Below the pieces are notes generated by a model. That model was given only the letters and a program-made list of their open reading frames with translations, had not been told where the DNA came from and did no database searches. This document shows, one piece after another, positions 10,891 through 20,453 of a stretch of 64,000 nucleotides of DNA (positions within the stretch are counted from its first letter, which is position 1; each line of letters begins with the position of its first letter). Origin of the DNA: Hyaloraphidium curvatum SAG 235-1 (lineage: Eukaryota; Fungi; Monoblepharomycota). The stretch lies in contig JAIVFI010000034.1 in assembly GCA_025558095.1 (NCBI GenBank), positions 248,001 to 312,000 on the forward strand, given 5' to 3'. Both the position numbers and the translations under genes were made by a program.

Positions 10891-12228
10891 CTACAACATC
10901 CGTCCCGCTATTCCACGGCTTCTCGCAGCCAAGATCTTCCGCGCAACCTCGACATTCGCCGCCAGCACGACAGCCCGCGTCTCTCTCGCAGCCGCTTCCC
11001 TTTCCCCGGCCCCTTCCCCTCTCAATACGCTGAGCATCGCACTGGGCAGCGTCGTTGGTCCAGGCACAGACCCCTGCTCCCATTTTGCAGCGTCGTCGTA
11101 GATCCACAACCCCCGCCGATCAAGGTAGTTGTACGAGTCCAAGGCCCGGCTTTCGAGCAGCAACGGCGTCCCCACATGCAGTGCTGTGGTCACCGAGCTC
11201 GACGATTGTTCTGCGACGTATCTCGGGTGCGCAAAGGCCGTGATGATCGCCCGGCACCGGGCGAGCAGCGAAAAGAATTCTGTAAATGGCAGATCCTCCA
11301 CGGCTCGTACCGGCAGGTCCTCGGGGATCTGAGCAAGATCGTTCTGCGCCGTGCGCTGCCGCGTTCCTATCAGGAGGAGGGATTCGTTTAGGATGCGGAG
11401 CATGGAGTGCACCGAGGGATGGCGGAGAGCGAGGAAAAGGAGTCCGTAGTGACGGCGCGACTTTTCGGGCTTCCCCTGCACGCAAAGATGCTCCCGTTTG
11501 GTCACCGCAGCCGTTGGTGGCGACGCCGCGGGAATGTTGACCACCACGGAGATCGGCGGCGGCTCGAAGCCAGCATGCTCCCTGACGGTAGCCGCAAGCG
11601 CCCGGGCGACATGCGGGCCAGACGCCAACAGCACCGCTCTACCCCTCCGAGCTGCATCCCACACGGGGTGAGTCCGCGGGACGTGTTGCGGCAGTAAATA
11701 GGGCTGATGAACCATCAGAAGAAGAAGCGGGCCATCCGCGGCCAGCGACGCATTCAGGAGCGCCGCGTACGTGACTCTATAGTCGTCCACGGCCTCTGGA
11801 AAGGTGGCCAGCGCGACCACGTCGGCTGACGCCACTTCGGGCACCACTTCGGAGCCGAAGCTTCGCACATGAAAGCCCGCCACCGCACCGGCCGGATCCC
11901 AGTTGTGCTTGCGGCCGAAGTGAAGAGCGGTTTCGCAGCCCGCGTAAGACAACGCCAGGGCGATTGCGGCGGCCATGCTCGCGTGATAGGGCGCGTCCTG
12001 CACGACGGCACAGCGCTTCGCGGGGGCTGGCCGAGGTGGTTCCGGCGGAGGTGTCGGTGGATCCCCCGGGTACCGCGGGAACGAGAGCCCCGCGGCAACA
12101 AAAACGGCTGCGATGACTCGCCACGGCGCCCGGAACCTCAAGGGCATCCCGGTTGGGGGATAGGGGATATTGCCGCCGCGGCCGCTCGCCGCCGGCGAAC
12201 GGCCACTGTTCGGGATCGGCCGGTGCAT
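10891..12228 (-). CDS. Putative GT-B glycosyltransferase-like membrane-anchored protein
   Basis: Long intronless ORF with an N-terminal hydrophobic anchor and Pro-rich stem; LCVQG..RRHY, DLPFTEFFSLL, SSSSVTTALHVGTPLL resemble a GT4-like C-terminal Rossmann domain; start uncertain. Confidence 0.5.
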   Translation of the reverse strand: MHRPIPNSGRSPAASGRGGNIPYPPTGMPLRFRAPWRVIAAVFVAAGLSFPRYPGDPPTPPPEPPRPAPAKRCAVVQDAPYHASMAAAIALALSYAGCETALHFGRKHNWDPAGAVAGFHVRSFGSEVVPEVASADVVALATFPEAVDDYRVTYAALLNASLAADGPLLLLMVHQPYLLPQHVPRTHPVWDAARRGRAVLLASGPHVARALAATVREHAGFEPPPISVVVNIPAASPPTAAVTKREHLCVQGKPEKSRRHYGLLFLALRHPSVHSMLRILNESLLLIGTRQRTAQNDLAQIPEDLPVRAVEDLPFTEFFSLLARCRAIITAFAHPRYVAEQSSSSVTTALHVGTPLLLESRALDSYNYLDRRGLWIYDDAAKWEQGSVPGPTTLPSAMLSVLRGEGAGEREAAARETRAVVLAANVEVARKILAARSRGIAGRML

Positions 12229-12550
12229 CACATCGCACCTTGCAACTACGAACGGATGATGGATTGAGATGATGCAGCCTACGAAATTGAAAGAGCTGAG
12301 GCGGTGATGGGGTGTCCGGCGGAAGGAAGGCGGGAGAAAGAAGTGCCAAGCGTCGCTGGCGGAGCCATCCTTGGATGAATCTTCCACGCAGCTTCTGATG
12401 CTTGTACAAGGCTTCCTTGGCTCGCCGAGACGAGCATCTTGGGCTCCCCTTGGGATGGCGTCAGTCCGTGGCCATCTTTGCTGGAGTCAGCTTTTCTGCC
12501 CGCTCCACACCAACCCTGCCACCGCCCTCCGCCGCCATGCGCGGCCTCTG

Positions 12551-13774
12551 ATGCGGCTCGAGCGCGTCCTGCGCCGACTGCCGCGGCTCCCGCCCGCCCT
12601 CACCCCCGCGCGCCGCCACTCGACCGCGCCGCCGCGCGCGCGCCCGCCCGCGATGTCCGCCGCGCTGCAGCAGCCGCCGTGGCTCCGGCCCGAGCCGACA
12701 ACGCCGCTACCGCCGCTCAAGGTGCTCAACTCGCTGACGCGCCAGAAGGACGACTTTGTGCCGCTCGACGGCAAGCGCGTCAAGTGGTACTCGTGCGGCC
12801 CCACAGTCTACGACGCCTCGCACATGGGCCACGCCAGGTGGGCGGCTTTGCGGGCGCTTCTTGCTCCATAGGTGCCAATTGCGCGCCCACGACAGGTCCT
12901 ACATCACCTTCGACATCATCCGGCGGATCCTGGCTGACTACTTCTCGTTCGACATCCTCTACGTGATGAACATCACCGATATCGACGACAAGATCATCGT
13001 CCGGGCGCGGCACAACTACCTTTTCGAGGAGTTTCGGGACGCGAACCCGACCGTCACGGCCGAGGTCGCCGGCGAGGCCAGGAAGGCGTGGGACGCGTTC
13101 GTCGCCAAGAACTTTGGCGGCAAGCCCTGGGACGAGGTCGTCAAGGCAAAGACCGCGGGCACTGTGTCAGAGGACCCCAAATTTGAGATTCGCTATGGTG
13201 CTGCGGTGGGTTTGCGTCGTCCTCTTGGCCCGGATCCGTGCCTGACTAGGTCCCGCAGTCCAACACCCTCTCGCTCCTCGAGTCGACTGCCGTCGGCTCT
13301 CCTTCCGCGGAATTCTTCTCCTCCTCCGCTCTCCGTGACGTCCTCGCCCCCTACCTCGACTCGTTGAAGGGCTCCACCGTCTCGGATCCCGCCGTTTTCC
13401 GGCGCCTCGCCGCCCACTGGGAGCGCGAGTTCCTCGTCGACATGCGCGCGCTGAACGTACGGCCGCCGGACCTCATGACCCGCGTCTCGGAGTACGTCCC
13501 CGAGATCGTCACCTTTGTGCAGCGGATCGTGGCCAACGGTTTCGGCTACGAGTCGGGCGGCTCGGTGTACTTTGACACGCTGGCCTTTGACCGGCATCCG
13601 GACCACACCTACGCCAAGCTGGAGCCCTGGTCCGCCGGCAACATGAAGCTGGTGGAGGAGGGTGAGGGTGACCTTTCCCTGGGCCTCTCAGAGAAGAAGT
13701 CTCCCGCGGACTTTGCCCTCTGGAAGGCGTCTAAGCCCGGGGAACCCGCGTGGGAATCGCCGTGGGGCCAGGGC

Positions 13775-13807
<33 letters not shown>

Positions 13808-15487
13808 GCCTACGAGACCCTCGGCGAGACTATGGACGTGCACAGCGGCGGCGTGGACCTGAAATTCCCGCACCACGACAACGAGATCGCGCAGAGCGAG
13901 GTGCGTGCATTCTCCGCGGGGTGGTGGGCGAACGAGGCAGCGGGACGCGGGCGCCAGCGATTCCACGCGGCGCAGCTTATCAAGCTCCTCGGAGATTCGG
14001 CTCGGCGGGACGCCGGCCGGTCGGTCCGGGGAACGGGCCTTCTCTGCCCGGCTTCCGGGAGTTGGGAGGCGGGTTCGTTGTGGTCCGAAGATCTGATTAT
14101 TCTTGGGAACCGGGGCGGGAACGGTGTTTTTGGCGGCGAGTTCGTGGTCACTAACTGCGTTTCGACCTTCCCACGGCAACGGCAGGCTTGCTTCAAGTGC
14201 CGGCAATGGACCAACTACTTCCTTCACGCCGGTCACCTGCACATCGACGGGCAGAAGATGTCCAAATCGCTCAAGAATTTTGTCACGATCCGGGACGCCC
14301 TCGCGACCTACTCTGCACGGCAGATCCGGCTCATGTTCCTGCTCCATTCTTGGCATGCGGTCCTGGATTACAAGGAGGACAGCATGCGGGAGGCCATTTC
14401 GGTCGAGACGACGATCGGGGTCGGTTCGCTGCCGGTGCACCGGCGGTACTTGCACTGAGCTCCTGCAACAGAAGTTCTTCCTGAACGCGCGGGCGCTCAT
14501 CGCCGAGCAGCGCCATCTGGAAGCCAGCACCGATTCGACCGGCTCGCACAATCACCGCGAGCCCGAGCGCAAGCTCATCGACCTGCTCGCCTCGGCGCAG
14601 GACCGCGTGCACGCCGCCCTGTGCGACAACATCGACACGCCGACCGCCTTTGGCGCCCTCCTGGACCTGGTCGGCGGTGCCAACGTGTACATGACCGCCA
14701 AATCCAAGGGCGGCGCGCGGCCCAACGCCGAGGTGCTGGAAAAGGTGGCAGGTTACGTGACGCGGATGGTCCGAATCTTTGGCTGCGTGCCGGACGACGT
14801 GGACCAGCCCATCGGATGGGACGCCGCAGCGGAGAAGGCGGGACAGGACGTGATGCCGTACCTGAGGGTGCTCAGCGGGTTCCGGGACGGAGTGAGGGAG
14901 ATGGCGAGGAGCAAGAAGCGTGAGTTGGGAAACGTGCGCCGTTTGCCATTGATCCTGAGCTTCGTCTCCTTGGACAGCCCACTCCGATTTCCTCGCGCTC
15001 TCGGACAAGCTGCGCGACGAAGTGTTACCCCCGCTCGGCGTCGTGGTGGACGACCGTGAGGACGGCACGGCGCTCGTCAAGCTCGTCGACCCCGAGACGA
15101 TCGCCAAGGAACGGGAGGACAAGGCCCGCGCGCAGGCCGAGAAGCAGCGCAAAGCCGACGAGATCAAGGCGCGGGAGGCGGAGAAGAAGGCGGCGAAGCT
15201 CGCCAAGGGCGAGAAGAAGCCGCAGGGGCTGTTCACGGATGCCGAATCCGCGAGCCTCTACAGCAAGTGGGACGAGAGGGTGGGTCTTCCATTAGCGAAC
15301 CCACCAGGACAATCTAATCGCAATTGCGCAGGGCATTCCCACGCACGACGCTGCCGGCGAGGAGCTGTCCAAGTCGAAGCGAAAGAACCTGACCAAGGAG
15401 TTTGAGCTGCAGGTGAAGCTCCACGAGGAATGGAAGGCGTGGAAGCGGGAGCAGGACGGCGGGAACGTGCAGGTCAACGGCAGTTGA
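12551..15487 (+). CDS. CRS1: Cysteinyl-tRNA synthetase (multi-exon; second in-frame ATG at 12653)
   Basis: [55 protein letters not shown]; intron donors at 12838, 13206, 13901, 14420, 14920, 15280. Confidence 0.96.
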
Positions 15488-15601
15488 ACTTGTAGCTGTC
15501 GTTGGACACGCAAGATATGCTGCTTGTGCTCCTGCGATGCGGTCATCGCGGATGGACACTTGCTTCGGGGATCTGGGACGGACGCCCGGCCGCCGACATC
15601 A

Positions 15602-16783
15602 ATGAACATCACACCGAGGTTGCTCCGACGCGAATCCCACCTTTTGCGGTCAATGTCAACCGGCAGAGCGAAGCCGGTGGTCCTCCTCACGCGTACCCTC
15701 ACGCCTAACGCGCAAAAGAAGCTTGAATCGGACCAGAGCGTCGCCCTTGTGCAGAGCGGCTCGAAAGATGCCATGCCCCGGGAGACCCTGCTGAAGATGC
15801 TCCGGGAGCACAAGCCGGACGGACTCCTCTGCATGCTCACGGACAAAATCGATGGCGAGGTCCTCGACGCGGCAGGCTTGTTGAAGGTCGTCTCGACTGT
15901 GAGCGTCGGATACGACCACATCGTGACGTCGGTGGGAGACGTGTCACCACTATGTGTCTGCGCAAGCTCACTGCATCATCGTCTTTAGGATCTCGTGGCG
16001 CGGCGCATTCGCCTGGGCAACACGCCGGGAGTGCTCACCGACGCGACAGCGGATTTGACGGTTCTTCTTCTTCTCGCTGTCTCCCGCCGATTCCTTACCT
16101 CAGCCCGCGCTCTTTACGACGGTCAGTGGGGTGCCTGGGACCTGCAATGGAATCTTGGAACAGGGCTCGCGGGGAAAACCGTCGGCATCGTCGGCTTGGG
16201 AGCGATCGGAACGGCCGTCTGCCAGCGGCTTCGTCCCTTCATCGGCTCTGCTGCACGGATCCTGTACACCGGTCCTAGTCGCAAACCCGACGCAGAAGCG
16301 GCTGTCCCCGGTGGCGCTCAGTACTTTGCGGACCTTGACGAAATGCTGCCGGAGGCGGACATTGTGATCGTCCTCTGCTCCCTCAATTCCTCAACAAAGG
16401 ATTTGTTCACGTACGATCGTTTCGCTCTGATGAAGCCGGATGCTCTTTTCGTGAACAGCGCCAGGGGAGGGATCGTGAAGCAGGCGGATCTCGTGCGGGC
16501 ATTGGAGGAAGGCATGCTCGGTGGCGTGGGTTTGGACGTCATGGTGCCGGAGCCGCTCCCAAAGGACGATCCGTTGACGAAGTTCGATCGCGTCACTCTT
16601 TTGCCGCACATCGGCAGTGGAACAATTGGTGGGTTGGGAAAGATATGAGTGAGATATCAATGCTGACCCAAGACGTCCCCAATACCAGAAACTCGGGAGG
16701 CAATGGCAAACCTCGCGGTGGAGAACGTGATCGCTGGCGTTCACGGGCGCCTTATGAAGGCCGAGGTGAAGCTTTTTCAGTAG
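15602..16783 (+). CDS. Glyoxylate/hydroxypyruvate reductase (D-2-hydroxyacid dehydrogenase) with a probable mitochondrial presequence
   Basis: SVGYDH, NTPGVLTDATAD, GLGAIG, NSARGGIV, LDVMVPEP, PHIGSGT; two introns with donors at 15932 and 16629. Confidence 0.92.
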
Positions 16784-16809
16784 AGCGAGTGATCACCCCC
16801 TCCGGAAAG

Positions 16810-17661
16810 ATGTTCAACAGAGATGCCCACGAAGCGAATCGTCTCGCCTGGAACGAGGCCACCAAAGCGCACAACAGCCACAAGAAGAGCCAGGCCGAGT
16901 TTCTACGAAATGGCGGCTCCACCCTCTTCCCCGAGGAAATCCGTTTGCTGGGGGACGTCCGCGGAAAGCGGCTGCTCCACCTGCAGGCAAACTCTGGCCA
17001 GGACACGCTCAGCATTGCCAGCCAGCTGGGAGCTATTGTCACAGGCGTGGACATCTCCGACGAAGCCATTGCATTCGCGCGCGACCTGGCACGCGATTCC
17101 GGCATAGGCGCGACATTCGAGCGCGCCGATGTTTACGACTGGTTGTCGGCCAACAAGGATGCTTTTGACGTGGTGTTCAGCTCCTACGGGGCCATACCAT
17201 GGTTATCCGATCTCCGGCTATGGGCGCGCGGTATCGCGAGCTCTCTGGGTCCAGGAGGCCGGTTCATCTTGGTAGAGTTCCATCCGTACCTGCAGACCCT
17301 CGACGATGACGGAGAACGAGTGGTCGGGGACTATTCTGGAGGGATGCAGTCGTTCGATGAGGGCATCGGCGACTACGTCGCTTGGGCTGGCAAGGCGCTT
17401 GCTCCTTCAGGGTACCTGGACGGCGTCGTCGATTTCCGGAACCCGCATCCGGGCTACGAGTTCAATAACGGCCTGGCGGACGTGATCGGATCGTTGCTTG
17501 GTGCAGGGCTCTCCCTCGATCACTTTGAGGAGTACTCGTTCGCGAACGGGTTCCCGGCGTTCCGGGGCACCGTCGAGATCGCTCCGGGACGGTTCGCGCC
17601 GGCCGAGGGAAAGCCTCGCATTCCGATGATGTACAGCGTAGTTGCTCGGAAACTTGCTTAA
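16810..17661 (+). CDS. Class I SAM-dependent methyltransferase, bacterial-type, intronless
   Basis: ANRLAWN, LLHLQANSGQDTLS, VTGVDIS, FDVVFSSYGAIPWLSDL, LVEFHP. Confidence 0.85.
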   Translation: MFNRDAHEANRLAWNEATKAHNSHKKSQAEFLRNGGSTLFPEEIRLLGDVRGKRLLHLQANSGQDTLSIASQLGAIVTGVDISDEAIAFARDLARDSGIGATFERADVYDWLSANKDAFDVVFSSYGAIPWLSDLRLWARGIASSLGPGGRFILVEFHPYLQTLDDDGERVVGDYSGGMQSFDEGIGDYVAWAGKALAPSGYLDGVVDFRNPHPGYEFNNGLADVIGSLLGAGLSLDHFEEYSFANGFPAFRGTVEIAPGRFAPAEGKPRIPMMYSVVARKLA

Positions 17662-17826
17662 ACTTTTGCCAAAAGAACGTGCAGCACCAGATTCGTGTCG
17701 GCCGCCTGAGCGCCGGAAACGCATGTTTGATCGTGTTGTGGCGCTCGATCACGCGACGTCATGTCATGGCCAGCGGCGTCAGATTCCGCTCGTCCTCCCG
17801 AATCGCTTTCGGACATCGCAGCAACG

Positions 17827-20160
17827 ATGGCTCCTCCCAGCACGCTGGGCCCGCAGAAGCGCGCCCTGGCACGTCTCGAGGCCGTAGCTGCCCACTGCGC
17901 CGGCGACGATGCCCCGAACGGAATCATTAGCTCCTCGCCGACCGCTTCCCGTTCCGAGAGGCTGGTGTACCGCACCGAGCTCAACCCGCTCAACTTCCTC
18001 GAGCGGTCGAGCAGGATCTTCCCGGGCAAGCAGGCCGTCTTTGTGCCCAAGGTCGACGACGAGCACCCGTCGCGCTCATTCACTTACAAGGACTTTGGCG
18101 AACGCGCCCGGAAGCTGGCTTCGCGCCTCATGCGGGAGGGGATTGGCAAGGACAGCCGCGTCGGTTACCTGGTTCCCAACACAGTAGCCGGCTTGGAGGC
18201 CCACTACTCGGTCGCGCTCGCCGGTGGCATCGTCGTGATGATGAACACCAGATTGAAGCCTTCGGAGGTGGTGTACATCCTCAACCACTCCAAGTCGAGC
18301 ATCTTCTTCGTGGATCACGAGCTTGCGGGGCCGTTCCTCGAGCTATTTGCCAAGAACCGCGCCGAGCTGCCGAACCTCAAGACCATGATCGTCGTCAGGG
18401 ACGTCAGTGATCCGGCCGTGGACGAGTACGAGGCATGGGTGGCGTCGGGCGAGCTGAGGCCGTGGGCCGAGTACCCGGGCATGAATCTCGAGGACGAGCG
18501 CGACACCATAACAATCTGCTACACATCCGTGAGAGGAGCGCTGGTTTGTCCCTATTGGGTTCCTTACCATTGATTGCAGGGCACTACGGGCAAGCCGAAG
18601 GGCGTCATGTACCACTACCGCGGCGGTTGGTGGTCCGAGAACCCATGTCGCTTCGAGGACTCATTTGAGGCGTCATCCGTCAGCCTACCTGAACGCTCTC
18701 GGTCAGGTCATAGAGACCTCGATGAACCCCAAGAGCAAGTACATGTGGACGTTGCCAATGTTCCACTGTAAGTGAGTATCGAGTAAGGAATGGGGGTTTC
18801 TTTACCGAAGCTCATTGTCTGCTTCTAAAGCGGCTGGACTTTCCCTTGGGCTGTGACGGCGGCGAGCGCAACGCACGTCACGCTGCGTAAGATCGACTAC
18901 GACGTCATTTGGGATCTGCTCAAGAACCACGGTATGCCGCTACGGGCTGATGATGTGATCTTGGATTGACGCCTCGGGCTGGGACTCATAAGGTGTCACG
19001 CACTACTGCGGCGCGCCCACCGTTCAGACTTTCCTGATCGCCAACCCGAACAAAGTCAAACTCCAGAACGGCGTCAAGGTCATGGTCGCGGGCTCACCGC
19101 CCAGCCCGACTCTGATCGCCCAGATGACGGAGCTCAACCTCCTCCCGATCCACGTCTACGGTCTCACGGAGGTCTACGGGCCCACCAGCATCTGCGTGCC
19201 TCAGGAACAGTGGGACAGCCTGGATGCGGCGCAGAAGTCGGAGATGGTCAGCCGCCAGGGGGTGAACAACATCGTGTCGGACGGTATGCGCATCGTCGAC
19301 CCCGAGACGATGCTGGACGTTGCCGCGGACGGGAAGACCATGGGAGAGATCCTTATGCGCGGAAACATCACGATGACCGGTTGGTTTCCGCAGTTCGGGA
19401 TTGGAGCTTTCGCTTTCACAGGCCTTCCCCCGAACACCCTTCTCATCCACCTTCCGCAGGTTATCTTGACGACCCCAAAGCAACGGAGAAGGCATTCAAG
19501 GTACGGCAATGCGTTGCATGCTGCCACGGGAGCCTCGCTGACGTCTTCTGTCTCGTCCAGGGTGGCTGGTTCCATTCGGGCGATCTTGCGGTCATGCACC
19601 CGGACGGCTACATCGAGATCCGGGACCGGGATAAGGACGTCATTATCTCAGGCGCGTGCGTATCCGTTTTGGTTGTCTCTGGTGCACGCTCTGATGGTCG
19701 TTTGCAGCGAAAACATCAGCAGTGTCGAGGTTGAGAGTGGGGACGGCTTTTCGCCTTCTTTCTACACAGTTTGACACTTTAACCCTTTGCTGCAGACTGC
19801 ATCATGGCGCATTCCAAAGTTCTGGAGTGCTGCGTCGTTGCGGCGCCGGATGACGTGTGGGGCGAGCGTCCGGTGGCCTACGTAGTCTTGAAGCCGTCGG
19901 CAATTGAACACGGCGTCCCAGAACCGGGTGAGCTGGAGCGCGACATCATCGAGTTCTGTCGCAAGCGCCTGGCCAACTTCAAGTGCCCTTCGCGGGTGAT
20001 GCTGGAGATGGAGCTGCCGAAAGTGGGGGGCATGTTCGGTCTCTCGGTCGAGGGCTTACTTCCCTCCCTATCGTAGACCGGAACGGGCAAGATCCAGAAG
20101 TTTGTGCTCCGCGAGAAACTATGGGCCAACAAGAAGAAGGCCGGCAAGTACGTGAACTAG
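17827..20160 (+). CDS. Acyl-CoA synthetase (AMP-binding enzyme), multi-exon
   Basis: YTS|[43 protein letters not shown]|TGTGKIQKF; PTS2-like RLEAVAAHC near the N-terminus. Confidence 0.93.
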
Positions 20161-20453
20161 TGCGCCAAGGCGCTGGGCGGGCGGCCGACTGGAGGACGAG
20201 GTCGTTCAGGACGGGCGTGCCGCAGCATGGGATCTTCCAAATAGATTTGCCTTTTGTCTCTGCAAGTGTCGTGGAGCTTTGAGGTCCGTCCGAACTTCAG
20301 GCAATCCTCGGATCCTGGTCAGCAAAGGAGGTTGGGCAATGTTGAACCTCCACTGGGGAGAAAGACTGTCGCATGACGAAGGACCAAGCATGCATATAAC
20401 ATAACATAACAAACATTGCAATCATGTACAGTATGGCACGTTTGAATTATCAA

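Noticed and set aside
13970-14100. SAM-I riboswitch-like start (CTTATCAAG) in the CysRS intron
   Set aside because: The downstream conserved elements (GAGGGA, GCAACC, closing GATAAG) are absent
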